A stretch of DNA of 57,117 nucleotides, taken from NCBI GenBank assembly GCA_041560295.1, contig JBFFBS010000001.1:1-57117 (forward strand), given 5' to 3'. Origin of the DNA: Syntrophobacteria bacterium. Its GTDB lineage: Bacteria > Desulfobacterota > Syntrophobacteria > BM002. Under the pieces are notes generated by a model. That model worked only from the letters and a program-made list of their open reading frames with translations. It ran no database searches and was not told where the DNA came from. Positions 48,395-57,117 of the stretch are shown piece by piece; positions within the stretch are counted from its first letter, which is position 1; each line of letters begins with the position of its first letter. Both the position numbers and the translations under genes were made by a program.

Positions 48395-48679
48395 ATGTCA
48401 AAAGTGAGAGCACATGTGATGATATCCGGCCGTGTACAGGGTGTCTTTTTCCGTGCTTACACCGAAAGAGCCGCTCAGGAAAGAGGAATTTCAGGCTGGG
48501 TGATGAACATCCGTGACGGTCGAGTTGAAGCTGTCCTGGAAGGCGAGAAAGAAAAAGTCGAGGAAATGATCCGCTGGTGCCACCAGGGCTCGCCCCATTC
48601 CCGCGTAACAGAGGTAAGCGTGGATTGGGAAGATTACGCGGGGGAGTTCGAGGATTTTTCGGTGAGGTATACCTATTAG
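48395..48679 (+). CDS. acyP: Acylphosphatase
   Basis: 94 aa with VSGRVQGVFFR...GWVMN..DGRVE, the acylphosphatase signatures. Confidence 0.92.
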   Translation: MSKVRAHVMISGRVQGVFFRAYTERAAQERGISGWVMNIRDGRVEAVLEGEKEKVEEMIRWCHQGSPHSRVTEVSVDWEDYAGEFEDFSVRYTY

Positions 48680-48692
48680 TTAGACACGTTCT

Positions 48693-50423
48693 CTAATCGA
48701 AGGCAAGTGGCAAGCGGGCAGCTGCCTTCTGCGCTTGCTCAAGCATCTCCCTGGCGTGAGCCCGAGTTTTTGTCGAAATCTTTGCCCCTCCCAGCATGCG
48801 AGCGATTTCTTCCAGACGTTCTTTGCCGTTCAACTCCTGCATGGCTGTGGTGGTTCGGCCCTTACGAGAGCTTTTACGTACCACATAATGATAATCGCCA
48901 TAGCAGGCAATCTGAGGCAGATGTGTAATACAAACTACCTGATGTTGTCGGGCAAGATCCTTCAAACGCTGGCCCACCCTGTCTGCGGTGCTCCCGCCGA
49001 TTCCGGAATCCACCTCGTCAAAAATCAGGGTCTCCAGAGCGTTCTGCCCCGCCAGCAATCCCTTCAGCGCCAGGACGATTCTGGAAAGTTCTCCTCCCGA
49101 CGCGATCTTGGCCATGGGTCTGAGATCCTCACCGGGGTTGGCCGAGAAGAAAAAGGCGACATTGTCCACCCCTGTCTCATTCAAAAAGTATTCACCTACC
49201 CGAACACTCTCGGTTTCCCGGCCCCCTTCACGTTCGAAAACCACCTCAAATTGGCAACGTGCCATATCCAGGGTAGCCAACCCCTCTACCATCGCCTTGC
49301 TCAGTTGGCTCGCCGCCTTCCTACGAGCTTTTGAAAGCGCCAGCGCCTCCGACAGGGCTTGCTGACGAAGACTCTCCAGGGTCTCTTCTTTTTCGGCAAT
49401 TTCCGCTTCATCGCTCTCTGTAGCTTCCAACTGCTGACAAAGTTTATCGGCGTGGGCCAGCACCGCTCCGGTACTACCGCCATACTTGCGCATGAGCCGT
49501 TGGAGGGTTTGCAGCCTCTCCTCAACCCACTCAAGTCTATTGGGGTCTGCCTGGATTTGTTGGCTGTAGTCTCGAAGAGTGAACGAAACATCCTCAACCT
49601 GGTGCCCTATCCCCTCTAACGTCTCTGCCAGACCCTTGAGAGTTTGATCCAGATTGCCCAGATCGGCAAGGATTCTGTGACACTGGCTTACATCCTCCAA
49701 AACTGCACCGCTCTCTGAATAGAGTATCGCATGGGCCTTGGCGGTACCCTCCTGGAGCCTTTCTACGTGCCGCAGTCTCTCGCGCTCCTCCCCAAGCCTG
49801 AGCTCCTCGTCCACTTGAACGCTGGCCTGTTCTATCTCCTCCATTTGGAAACGACGAAGTTCTTCCTTTTCTTTCCGATCCATTGCCTGTCTCTGCAGTC
49901 GCCGAAGTTCTTGCTGTAGCCTTTTTAGTTCACCAAAGGTTTTTCCATATGCTGTTCTCTGGTTTTCGAGACCTCCGAACCGATCGACAGTATCCAGATG
50001 GGCTTCGGGTTCCAAGAACAGCTGATGTTCATGCTGCCCAGAAATGGACACCAGACCGCGACACAATTCAGCCAATAGTCCCACTGTGGCAAGCTGACCA
50101 TTGACATAAACTCGATTGCGTCCGGATGTAGACAGAACTCGCTTGACCACCACCTCAGGGCCGCCAGACTCCTTCATGATTGTCTGAAATCGGGCCATTC
50201 CCCTATCATCTGCCAAGCTAATTAGAGCGGTCACAGTGGCCTCTTTACTGCCGCTGCGAATGAGATCTCCAGAACCACGACTGCCCAGCAATAGATTGAT
50301 GGCGTTAACCAGAATGGATTTGCCCGCCCCTGTCTCTCCGGTCACTACGGTGAGTCCCGGTTTAAAAGAGACCGAAAGTTCATGAATGATGGCAAAATTA
50401 CTGATTTGCAGCTCAGCTAACAA
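48693..50423 (-). CDS. recN: DNA repair protein RecN
   Basis: 576 aa with LQISNFAIIHEL...VTGETGAGKSIL, a long coiled coil, and the C-terminal signature SGGELSR...LIFDEVDSGIGG. Confidence 0.95.
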   Translation of the reverse strand: MLAELQISNFAIIHELSVSFKPGLTVVTGETGAGKSILVNAINLLLGSRGSGDLIRSGSKEATVTALISLADDRGMARFQTIMKESGGPEVVVKRVLSTSGRNRVYVNGQLATVGLLAELCRGLVSISGQHEHQLFLEPEAHLDTVDRFGGLENQRTAYGKTFGELKRLQQELRRLQRQAMDRKEKEELRRFQMEEIEQASVQVDEELRLGEERERLRHVERLQEGTAKAHAILYSESGAVLEDVSQCHRILADLGNLDQTLKGLAETLEGIGHQVEDVSFTLRDYSQQIQADPNRLEWVEERLQTLQRLMRKYGGSTGAVLAHADKLCQQLEATESDEAEIAEKEETLESLRQQALSEALALSKARRKAASQLSKAMVEGLATLDMARCQFEVVFEREGGRETESVRVGEYFLNETGVDNVAFFFSANPGEDLRPMAKIASGGELSRIVLALKGLLAGQNALETLIFDEVDSGIGGSTADRVGQRLKDLARQHQVVCITHLPQIACYGDYHYVVRKSSRKGRTTTAMQELNGKERLEEIARMLGGAKISTKTRAHAREMLEQAQKAAARLPLAFD

Positions 50424-50594
50424 AATGAACCCTCTGTAATGAATGGGGGTATTTACTCCCTACCTTGTTCTCTTACTTGTCATAATAGCCAGGTAAATTC
50501 AATCGTATTTTTTGTTTGCAATCTCAACTAGCTTTTCATATTGTTGTTTTACGTAGCTAGCTGGGGCAAGATAATACAAGATGGCGCACTTCCT

Positions 50595-50627
50595 CCGCCC
50601 CCCCCTATGGGGGCGAAGGGGAAAATT
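50595..50627. repeat. GC-rich REP-like palindrome
   Basis: ccgccccc-cctat-gggggcgaaggggaaaatt. Confidence 0.6.
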
Positions 50628-50804
50628 TTTGCTTGTAGCGCGGCGTGCTGGGGGCACTCCACTACCTTCTAACCTTCCACCCAATACCTTTGACTAGAGA
50701 AATGTTTCCCTGTTGGTAGCGCCTGTGATGTAGCAGCTACAAACCACGGAGCATTGGTAGCTTATTTTTGAATGATTAGTGTGCCTCCGGAGATTCCCAA
50801 AATA

Positions 50805-50845
50805 CCCTCCCCCTTGACGGGGGAGGGTTAGGGTGGGGGTGAATT
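50805..50845. repeat. GC-rich REP-like palindrome
   Basis: ccctccccc-ttgac-gggggagggttagggtgggggtgaatt. Its reverse complement is related to 23446..23517. Confidence 0.65.
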
Positions 50846-50864
50846 CCGCCAAAAAGGTCCCGCC

Positions 50865-51449
50865 ATGAAAAACAGAGAACGAGGAATTACGCTTAATGAA
50901 CTCATAATCTCTCTGGCTGTGGTCGGCGTACTGGCCGCTGTGGGTCTGCCAAAATTGGTGAAAATAGTACCCAACTACCGTCTCACCGGCGCTGCCCGCT
51001 CACTGGTGGTTCAAATTCATAAGGCTAAACTTACGGCCATCCGCCAGGGCACCGTCTACTATCTCGACTTTGATTTTGACGCTGACGGCAATCTAGAGTC
51101 AGAAGACTGTGTTCTTTGGGGGGATCGCAACGGAAATCGACGCAAGGAACTTCTGGAGCAGAGTCAAATGATACTGGATTTAAAGACTTTTCCTGGTGTG
51201 CATCTTCACTCCTATCCTTATGAGCAAGGCGGACCGAAGCGCGGGCCTAACAAAACCAAGATCAATGCAGGTGGTGGTGACGGAGTTAGCTTCAGTCAGA
51301 ATCGAATCAAATTCAATCCTGACGGCACATGCAGTACCGGCACTGTTTACCTCCACAACAGCAACGGCCGGACCTTTGCCATTCGTATTCGCTTTAACGG
51401 CCTGACCCAGCTATGGATGCATGATGGCCAAGCTTGGAAACGATGGTAA
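50865..51449 (+). CDS. GspH/FimT-family minor pilin
   Basis: RG-ITLNELIISLAVVGVLAAVGLP has Glu+5, followed by the GspH-like helix TGAARSLVVQIHKAKLTAI. Confidence 0.8.
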   Translation: MKNRERGITLNELIISLAVVGVLAAVGLPKLVKIVPNYRLTGAARSLVVQIHKAKLTAIRQGTVYYLDFDFDADGNLESEDCVLWGDRNGNRRKELLEQSQMILDLKTFPGVHLHSYPYEQGGPKRGPNKTKINAGGGDGVSFSQNRIKFNPDGTCSTGTVYLHNSNGRTFAIRIRFNGLTQLWMHDGQAWKRW

Positions 51450-51489
51450 TTACAAGCCAGCATTGAGGTGACAGCGAAAAGCCAGTCCA

Positions 51490-52061
51490 ACTAGGCACTA
51501 AACACTAAGCACTAGGCACCAGGAAGTAAACACTAGGGACTAGGAACCGGGCAGTAAACACTAGGAACTAAGCACTAGGCACAAAAAGAAAGAAAGGGAC
51601 ACCTAATCATGGACAGAGGACACAGGGGATATCGAGATCTCAAAGTTTACAAGTTGGCCTACTCCTTAGCGATGGATATTTTTGAGGAGACTAAATCTTT
51701 TCCGCCAGAGGAAAAGTTTAGCCTCATAGATCAAATCCGCAAATCATCCCGAAGTGCTGTTACGAACATAGCAGAGGCTTGGAAAAGAAGACAGTACCCA
51801 AAAAATTTTGTGAGTAAAATTATCGATTCGGCAAGTGAAGCTGGTGAAACCGAAGTCTGGCTGGATTTCTCTAAAGATTGTGGATACCTAGAGAAATCAA
51901 AATATGATCAACTCATGAATGGATATGATGAGGTTAATCGTATGCTCTTTGGAATGGTAAGGAAACCAGACAGGTTCATATTGATACCATCAGGTAAATA
52001 GCCTTCTTACTCCATCGTATTCAGTAATCAGTGCCTAGTGTTTAGTTCCTAGTGCCTAGTT
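51490..52061. other. IVS-like cassette: cactagg heptamer inverted arms enclosing a four-helix-bundle gene
   Basis: The left arm (51490-51582) is about 13 degenerate cactagg/aacacta heptamers. The right arm (52031-52061) is gtgcctagtgtttagttcctagtgcctagtt. Together they bracket ORF 51609..52001. Confidence 0.75.
51609..52001 (+). CDS. Four-helix-bundle protein (23S rRNA intervening-sequence protein family)
   Basis: 130 aa with YRDLKVYKLAYSLAMDIF...IDQIRKSSRSAVTNIAEAWKRRQYPKNFVSK...SASEAGETEVWL. It is a paralogue of ORF 5426..5809. Confidence 0.85.
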   Translation: MDRGHRGYRDLKVYKLAYSLAMDIFEETKSFPPEEKFSLIDQIRKSSRSAVTNIAEAWKRRQYPKNFVSKIIDSASEAGETEVWLDFSKDCGYLEKSKYDQLMNGYDEVNRMLFGMVRKPDRFILIPSGK

Positions 52062-52082
52062 GAAAGAGCGCGAGGCTCTCTT

Positions 52083-53894
52083 TCAACTCTCCCCCATAGT
52101 CACTCGTATCACTTCCTCAAAAGTAGTGACTCCTCGCAGCATTTTGTCAACGGCGGACTGCTGCAAGGTTAACATCCCTTCCTCAGAGGCGACTTCCTGC
52201 AATTCCGCCAATGGGGCTTTACGGTTCGTGAGCTTTCCCAGCTTTTCGCTCATGGGCAACACCTCGAATATGCCGGTACGCCCCAAGTAACCTGTGTTTC
52301 GACATTGCAGGCAGCCCTTGCCCATTTTGAGTTCCACTTCGCTTTCCGGGTTCTTGCCCAGGGGCAAAGGAGCCAGGTCAGCAGCCCGCATCCGGTATGC
52401 TTCCTCGCAATGAGGGCAAATCTTTCTCACCAACCGCTGGGCCACAACTCCCGTGAGGGTGGAAGAGATCAGGAAGGGCTGAATTCCCAGATCAATGAGC
52501 CGGGTTATGGCACTGGGTGCATCGTTGGTGTGCAAGGTGCTGAGAACGAGGTGTCCGGTGAGGGCCGACTGCACGGCATTGCTCGCCGTTTCCAGGTCTC
52601 TCATCTCACCGATCATGATGATGTCAGGGTCCTGGCGGAGCACATGACGAAGGATGTTGGCGAAGGTCAGATTGATCTGTGGCTTCACGGCGATCTGGTT
52701 GAACTGCTCATGGACCATCTCTATGGGGTCTTCAATAGTGGTAATGTTGTTCCGTTCACTAACCAGAAAGCGCAAGCTGGAATAGAGGGTAGTGGTCTTG
52801 CCACTGCCGGTGGGACCGGTAATAAGAACAATGCCGTTGGGCACCTCTATGAGCTTGCGGTATTTAATGAGGTCGGCCGATGAAAACCCCAGTCCCTCAA
52901 GGTCCTGCAAAAGAATGTCAGGATCCAGAATGCGGAGCACTGCCTTTTCACCGAACGCCACCGGCACGGTTGAAACCCGAATTTCCGCCTCATTGCCACT
53001 TCGTTCCACCTTGATACGCCCATCCTGAGGCCGTCTTTTCTCAGCAAGGTCCAGCCGAGCCAAACCCTTGATCCTCGAAAGAATTGCCGGATGCACACTC
53101 TTGGGTATCCGGTAAATGGTATGCAGGAGCCCGTCGATGCGAAGCCTCACAATGGTTTGGTCCCGCTTGGGCTCAATGTGTACATCGCTTGCACGCTGAT
53201 CAAAACCGTAGGTGAACAGGTGGTCCACCGCATTGGTTATATGTTGATCGCTTGAGGAGATCTCGTCGGCCGATTGCAGCCGGGTGAACTGTTCCAGGTT
53301 TCCCAGATCCACCAAGGGCCGGCTTATCTGATGGTCAGCGGCGACAATGGAACTCTTGAATCCGTAGAACTCCGAGATGGTCTTGATAATGTCACTCTTG
53401 GTGCTGATCAGCGCTTCTACCCGTTTCTGGGTGACCCGCTCGATATCCTCCAAAACTTGGCGATTGAAGGGATTATAGACCACCACGGTAATGGTCTCCA
53501 GGGAACTTTCCACCGGGAGCACCATGTGTTTCAGGGCAAAGCTTTTCGGAATGGTTTGGGTTACCAACTCCAAATCCAGCTCCAATGGATCAATTTTCTT
53601 GAAAGCCATGCCCAGTTCAGCTGCCACTGCCCTCATAATGGCCTCTTCATCCAGACGGCCATCCGCACCCGCACCCGGCACCAGTTCCATGGAGGCCAGA
53701 ACATCCACCGGGGTAATCTCAGCATCGCAGCTCTGGGCGGAGAATCCCCCTCTTTTGACCTTGCAAATCTGAGCCAGTTTTTCCTGCTGCACAGGGGCTT
53801 TCTTATAGATTATCTTCTCCTGGTGTGGGCTGATCAGACCACACCTGCGGAGTATCCCAACCAAATATTCCAGATCCAACTGGGTTGAACTCAT
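52083..53894 (-). CDS. PilB/GspE-family type IV filament assembly ATPase
   Basis: 603 aa with Walker A GPTGSGKTTT, Walker B IIMIGEMRD, LSTLHTNDA, and tetracysteine CPHC...CLQC. Confidence 0.92.
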   Translation of the reverse strand: MSSTQLDLEYLVGILRRCGLISPHQEKIIYKKAPVQQEKLAQICKVKRGGFSAQSCDAEITPVDVLASMELVPGAGADGRLDEEAIMRAVAAELGMAFKKIDPLELDLELVTQTIPKSFALKHMVLPVESSLETITVVVYNPFNRQVLEDIERVTQKRVEALISTKSDIIKTISEFYGFKSSIVAADHQISRPLVDLGNLEQFTRLQSADEISSSDQHITNAVDHLFTYGFDQRASDVHIEPKRDQTIVRLRIDGLLHTIYRIPKSVHPAILSRIKGLARLDLAEKRRPQDGRIKVERSGNEAEIRVSTVPVAFGEKAVLRILDPDILLQDLEGLGFSSADLIKYRKLIEVPNGIVLITGPTGSGKTTTLYSSLRFLVSERNNITTIEDPIEMVHEQFNQIAVKPQINLTFANILRHVLRQDPDIIMIGEMRDLETASNAVQSALTGHLVLSTLHTNDAPSAITRLIDLGIQPFLISSTLTGVVAQRLVRKICPHCEEAYRMRAADLAPLPLGKNPESEVELKMGKGCLQCRNTGYLGRTGIFEVLPMSEKLGKLTNRKAPLAELQEVASEEGMLTLQQSAVDKMLRGVTTFEEVIRVTMGES

Positions 53895-53969
53895 TTACAT
53901 CGACTCCTGAGGAAAGAATCCAAGCCCTGACGGGACATTGGGCGGCTTTCCTTTATAGGAAAGTCTGCT

Positions 53970-54072
53970 GGAGTAATGGAGTGGTGGAGTAGTGGAGTAA
54001 TGAAAGAACTCTTTCAAGTTGAAATTCGAGCTTTAAGTTTTTCCAACACTCCAATACTCCAGTACTCCAAAC
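53970..54072. repeat. Heptamer-arm hairpin (ggagtaa family)
   Basis: Left arm ggagtaatggagtggtggagtagtggagtaatg; right arm caacactccaatactccagtactccaaac. Confidence 0.8.
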
Positions 54073-54560
54073 CTGCTCGTAATCTCCACCAGCAAGGCCA
54101 TGCAACTATGGACTTGGCACTGTGGATCAGGTTTTCTATAACTATAGCCATTGTCCTTGAAACCGGGGAGAGGGTCAAGCTGATTTGTCTGGCCTAATCT
54201 GGTAGAATTAGCTTATAATCCCTGTTTATAAGTACTATGACTAGAAACCCATGTGTTCTTCACAGCCGCACTTACGAGCACAACTTCAGAATATGGTGAA
54301 CGCCACTTGTCGAGCGATTTGCCTCCTTCGCACGATTGATCTAAAACGCAACTGTGAAAACAGTCTAAAACTACAAAAAAATTTACAACTATTAAATTTT
54401 TTAACAGAACCGGCAGCAATGCTGAAAAGGATCTGGTCACATACGGAGGAGACGCAATGTAGCGGTGCACCAGCGCATTTCGGCTCTCTGTGCCCTTCTG
54501 CAAGGAGGGAGCAGATGTCTCCCCCGGCGAATAATAGCCATCAGAACTACATTTTGCTGC

Positions 54561-54575
54561 TGGCATGTAACTTGC
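54561..54575 (+). promoter_or_regulatory. Sigma-54 type -24/-12 promoter upstream of the minor pilin operon
   Basis: TGGCAT-gtaac-TTGCt has consensus spacing. It lies 113 nt upstream of the ATG at 54688, and an AT-rich tract (54360-54410) sits upstream. Confidence 0.65.
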
Positions 54576-54687
54576 TCAAACTAGATCCGGGGAAATAAAG
54601 GTGATGCTCCCTCCAGTTCTTTGCGACCATGCGAGAGGGTTTGCAGAAAACCAAATCATGAACTTTTGAGCCGTTCGAGCTTGGAAA

Positions 54688-55206
54688 ATGATTTTTAGAG
54701 AAAAGCATGGAGCTGTCATCTTACATCCCCGACGGGGGCTCACTACGCTTGAGTTGTTGATTGTTATCGCAATCCTGTTAGCCCTGGGCGCGATAGCTTT
54801 TCCCAACCTATCAGGCTGGGCAAGAAATCAGCGGCTCAAGGGTGTGGCCAGGGATTTGGTGTCCCACTTTCAGTTTGCTCGTTTGGAGGCTATCAAGCGC
54901 AAAACTCCCGTTGAACTGACGTTCTACCTTAATAGTGAACCGATCCGGGATAGTTACATCGTTTCTAAGGATGGGGAAGCGTTGATAGACGTGAGAATGC
55001 CCGCTGGGGTCAACCTGAAGGATACAACATTCGTGGACAATAAAGTCGGGTACAAAGCGCGTGGTTTTCCTGATACAGCAAGCTTTCTCCCCGGAGAATC
55101 TAATGGTAGAGTAGAGATTGAAAATGATCAAAGAATCTATGAAGTGATTGTGCAAAAAACCTCTGGCGGATTGAAACTGGACGGGCCGATTCTGAAGCCG
55201 GAGTAG
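54688..55206 (+). CDS. FimT/FimU (GspH-domain) minor pilin
   Basis: RRG-LTTLELLIVIAILLALGAIAFP has Glu+5, followed by GVARDLVSHFQFARLEAI. Confidence 0.8.
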   Translation: MIFREKHGAVILHPRRGLTTLELLIVIAILLALGAIAFPNLSGWARNQRLKGVARDLVSHFQFARLEAIKRKTPVELTFYLNSEPIRDSYIVSKDGEALIDVRMPAGVNLKDTTFVDNKVGYKARGFPDTASFLPGESNGRVEIENDQRIYEVIVQKTSGGLKLDGPILKPE

Positions 55207-55277
55207 ATCTGTTCGTTTTGGCCTGGTCTGATCTCTTGCCCGCTAGGTGTGAACAACAACAGGGACATCCTGCTGTG

Positions 55278-56063
55278 ATGAAACCGCAGAAAACCAATAA
55301 ATGCAAACACCTCCACGGCTTCAGTCTGGTAGAGCTCCTGGTGGCCATGGCAATTGCCGGATTAGTCATGGCAGCAGTTTACAAAGTATATACAACCCAA
55401 CAGGATTCTTATATTTTGCAAGAACAGGTTGCAGAAATGCAGCAAAACGGTCGGACAGCAAAGTACGTGATGACCAGAGAGATCAGAATGGTAGGGTATG
55501 ATCCAACCGGTCTCGCCGGCGCAGGATTCATATCTGCCGGTGGGAACCTCATACATTTCACCATGGATATAACCGATGAGGACGGGACTATCACCGTTCC
55601 CGGTGATGATATTACCTATGCGGTGTCCAGTGGGAATCTGGAGAGAAACGACGGCGTCAACAACCAACCCGTAGTAGAAAATGTGGAGGCTGTGGGTTTC
55701 GCCTATGCATTCGACGCTGACGATGATGGCAACGTAGACACCAGCGCTGGTGGCAACATTATTTGGGCCATCGATTCAGATGTCACCGACACTGATACTC
55801 GACTGGATACATATCTGGATACCAATGACGACGGGATTATCTCTGTTGATGATAATCCGGCCGGTGCAAACCTGGCATCCCCGGTGGATCTCGACAAAAT
55901 AAGAGCCGTGAGAATTTGGATTCTGGCCAGGACCGGCAGAGAGGACAGGGCTTTTTCTGACACCTCAACCTATGTTGTGGCCAATCAGCGGGTGACCGCC
56001 AGTGATGGCAGCAGGCGCCACCTTCTGACAACCACCGTCAAGTGCAGGAACATGGCTCTTTAG
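55278..56063 (+). CDS. pilW: PilW-like minor pilin with Asp-rich loops
   Basis: HG-FSLVELLVAMAIAGLVMAAVYKVY...QNGRTAKYVMTREIRMVGYDP is the PilW pattern. The ATG at 55278 is preferred over the track start at 55218. Confidence 0.8.
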   Translation: MKPQKTNKCKHLHGFSLVELLVAMAIAGLVMAAVYKVYTTQQDSYILQEQVAEMQQNGRTAKYVMTREIRMVGYDPTGLAGAGFISAGGNLIHFTMDITDEDGTITVPGDDITYAVSSGNLERNDGVNNQPVVENVEAVGFAYAFDADDDGNVDTSAGGNIIWAIDSDVTDTDTRLDTYLDTNDDGIISVDDNPAGANLASPVDLDKIRAVRIWILARTGREDRAFSDTSTYVVANQRVTASDGSRRHLLTTTVKCRNMAL

Positions 56064-56118
56064 AAATTGAAAACCCCTCGACTTTGCCGAGGTATTGTTA
56101 AGCTAGGTTAGAAGATAA

Positions 56119-56718
56119 ATGAACTGGGTTGGCATGAAAACAGATCAGGGTCCAGTAAAATCCCCCCGAACCCCCCTTTACAAAAGGGGGAAGACTTTAA
56201 AGTGGTTTCAACAAGTTCCCCCCTTTCATAAAGGGGGGTTCGGGGGGATTAGGAAACAACAAGAAGGCTATAGCCTCGTAGAAGTTCTCATTGCCATTAC
56301 CGTTCTGGCGTTTGGTCTCATGGCGGTGGCTACCATGCAGGTCACGGCCATTAAGACCAACGCCACAGCAAGCGGCATCTCGCAGGGACTGACCCTGGCC
56401 CAAACCAAGGTGGAAGAGTTGATGAACCTGTCATATGACCATCCAGACCTGGATGATGACGGTGGTGGAATCAACAACGGTACCGGCCAGGACTTAGACG
56501 ACGACGGTGTAGACGACGATGGGGACAATTTTGGTTTGGATGACACCACCGGCGCAGACGGTTCAGAAGCCATTGGCAGCAGATATACCATCTATTGGAA
56601 CATTGCCGTCGATGAACCAGTCACTAAGAGCAAAACTATTAGAGTGATTGTAACCTGGACCGAAAGGGGAAGAGATAAACGTATTGCCCTGGATTTTGTC
56701 AAGACTGATTTGAGTTAG
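56119..56718 (+). CDS. pilV: PilV-like minor pilin (start codon uncertain)
   Basis: EG-YSLVEVLIAITVLAFGLMAVATMQ is the PilV pattern. The only in-frame ATGs (56119 and 56134) give a leader of about 50 aa that is encoded by REP-like palindromes. Confidence 0.7.
   Translation: MNWVGMKTDQGPVKSPRTPLYKRGKTLKWFQQVPPFHKGGFGGIRKQQEGYSLVEVLIAITVLAFGLMAVATMQVTAIKTNATASGISQGLTLAQTKVEELMNLSYDHPDLDDDGGGINNGTGQDLDDDGVDDDGDNFGLDDTTGADGSEAIGSRYTIYWNIAVDEPVTKSKTIRVIVTWTERGRDKRIALDFVKTDLS
56157..56250. repeat. Inverted pair of GC-rich REP-like palindromes
   Basis: aaaatccccccgaacccccctttacaaaaggggg and ttcccccctttcataaaggggggttcggggggatt are mutually reverse-complementary. Confidence 0.75.
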
Positions 56719-56722
56719 TGCT

Positions 56723-56748
56723 CATCTGAAAACGGTCGTTTTCAGATG
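56723..56748 (+). terminator. Perfect 11-bp stem hairpin after pilV (no T-run)
   Basis: catctgaaaac-ggtc-gttttcagatg. Confidence 0.4.
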
Positions 56749-56753
56749 AACGC

Positions 56754-56830
56754 GATCAGCTATCAGCACTCAGCCATCAGCAAAATGTATATAAATACAA
56801 ACTGACCGCTGATTGCTGAAGGCTGACAGC
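56754..56830. repeat. Heptamer-arm hairpin (cagctat/ctgtcag family)
   Basis: Left arm gatcagctatcagcactcagccatcagc; right arm ctgaccgctgattgctgaaggctgacagc. Confidence 0.8.
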
Positions 56831-56872
56831 TCCATATGGGGATTTTGCAGGAAATGGCACGGAGTTCGCATT

Positions 56873-57117
56873 ATGAAAAGAATTGCTGACACCATAGCCA
56901 ATGACAGGGGATCAGCCCTGGTGCTGGCCTTGCTCGTATTGGTGCTCCTTACCCTGATGGGCATTTCGGCCACCACCACCAGCACCATCGAGGTGCAGAT
57001 GGCCGGCAGCGAGAAAGTTTACGACATGGCCTTCTATGCCGCGGAAAGTGGCTGGCAGACCTCCTTGAATTGGCTGGATAACCAGTACCCGGCAGTTACC
57101 CAGAATCTTGGCTGGGA
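56873..57117 (+). CDS. pilX: PilX-like minor pilin, N-terminal fragment (runs off the window edge)
   Basis: Manual translation gives MKRIADTIANDRGSALVLALLVLVLLTLMGISATTTSTIEVQMAGSEKVYDMAFYAAESGW..., a PilX_N pattern with no Glu+5. It is not in the ORF track because there is no stop inside the window. Confidence 0.75.
   Translation, partial: MKRIADTIANDRGSALVLALLVLVLLTLMGISATTTSTIEVQMAGSEKVYDMAFYAAESGWQTSLNWLDNQYPAVTQNLGW

Noticed and set aside
54213-54598. Overlapping 117-aa (minus) and 115-aa (plus) ORFs in the 800-bp spacer upstream of fimT
   Set aside because: Their mutual overlap, odd composition and lack of motifs argue against coding. The region contains an AT-rich tract and a sigma-54 promoter, so it is better explained as regulatory.
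56855-56869. Sigma-54-like motif TGGCAC-ggagt-TCGCa just upstream of pilX
   Set aside because: The -12 element is TCGC rather than TTGC. The motif also ends only 3 nt before the pilX ATG, so a start site about 12 nt downstream would fall inside the ORF with no room for a leader or ribosome-binding site. It is probably fortuitous.

Overview
This is a chromosomal window from an anaerobe that looks deltaproteobacterial (Desulfobacterota-like). The guess rests on a four-subunit pyruvate:ferredoxin oxidoreductase, a selenoprotein candidate, and sigma-54-driven pilus genes. Housekeeping genes are porA(partial)-porD-porC, recR-ybaB-dnaX, two tRNA-Ser genes, tadA, pyrF/pyrE, priA, ligA, acyP, recN and hup. 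Small metabolic genes sit among them: an MFS transporter, an M20 dipeptidase, a GNAT-thiolase-GNAT trio, a two-gene YeeE/YedE module, a NUDIX hydrolase and a nucleoside phosphorylase. Two type IV filament loci dominate the accessory content. Locus 1 (about 20.9-42 kb) runs in this order: a sigma-54 promoter, a large secreted repeat protein, histidine kinase, CheY-like receiver, HD-GYP, STAS, a GspE-type ATPase with a tandem MshEN c-di-GMP-binding motif, a GspF platform, five pseudopilins in G-H-I-J-K order, PilM-N-O-P-like proteins, a secretin, and a receiver-GGDEF protein. The K-position pseudopilin is fused to 12 NHL repeats. Locus 2 (about 50.9 kb to the window end) holds a FimT/GspH-like pilin, a convergent PilB-type ATPase, and fimT-pilW-pilV-pilX(partial). 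The most unusual feature at nucleotide level is a dense population of about 20 intergenic imperfect hairpins whose arms are tandem degenerate heptanucleotides. Two of these hairpins enclose four-helix-bundle (23S rRNA intervening-sequence protein family) genes. They look like free-standing IVS-like cassettes, and the other hairpins look like empty versions of them. Other points are an in-frame TGA at the conserved Cys of a YeeE/YedE (PmpA-like) protein, which is a selenocysteine candidate; four well-spaced sigma-54 -24/-12 motifs upstream of the filament operons; GC-rich REP-like palindromes; and a thiolase homologue that lacks the C-terminal catalytic CxGGG motif. No CRISPR array, rRNA, transposase or integrase was seen.
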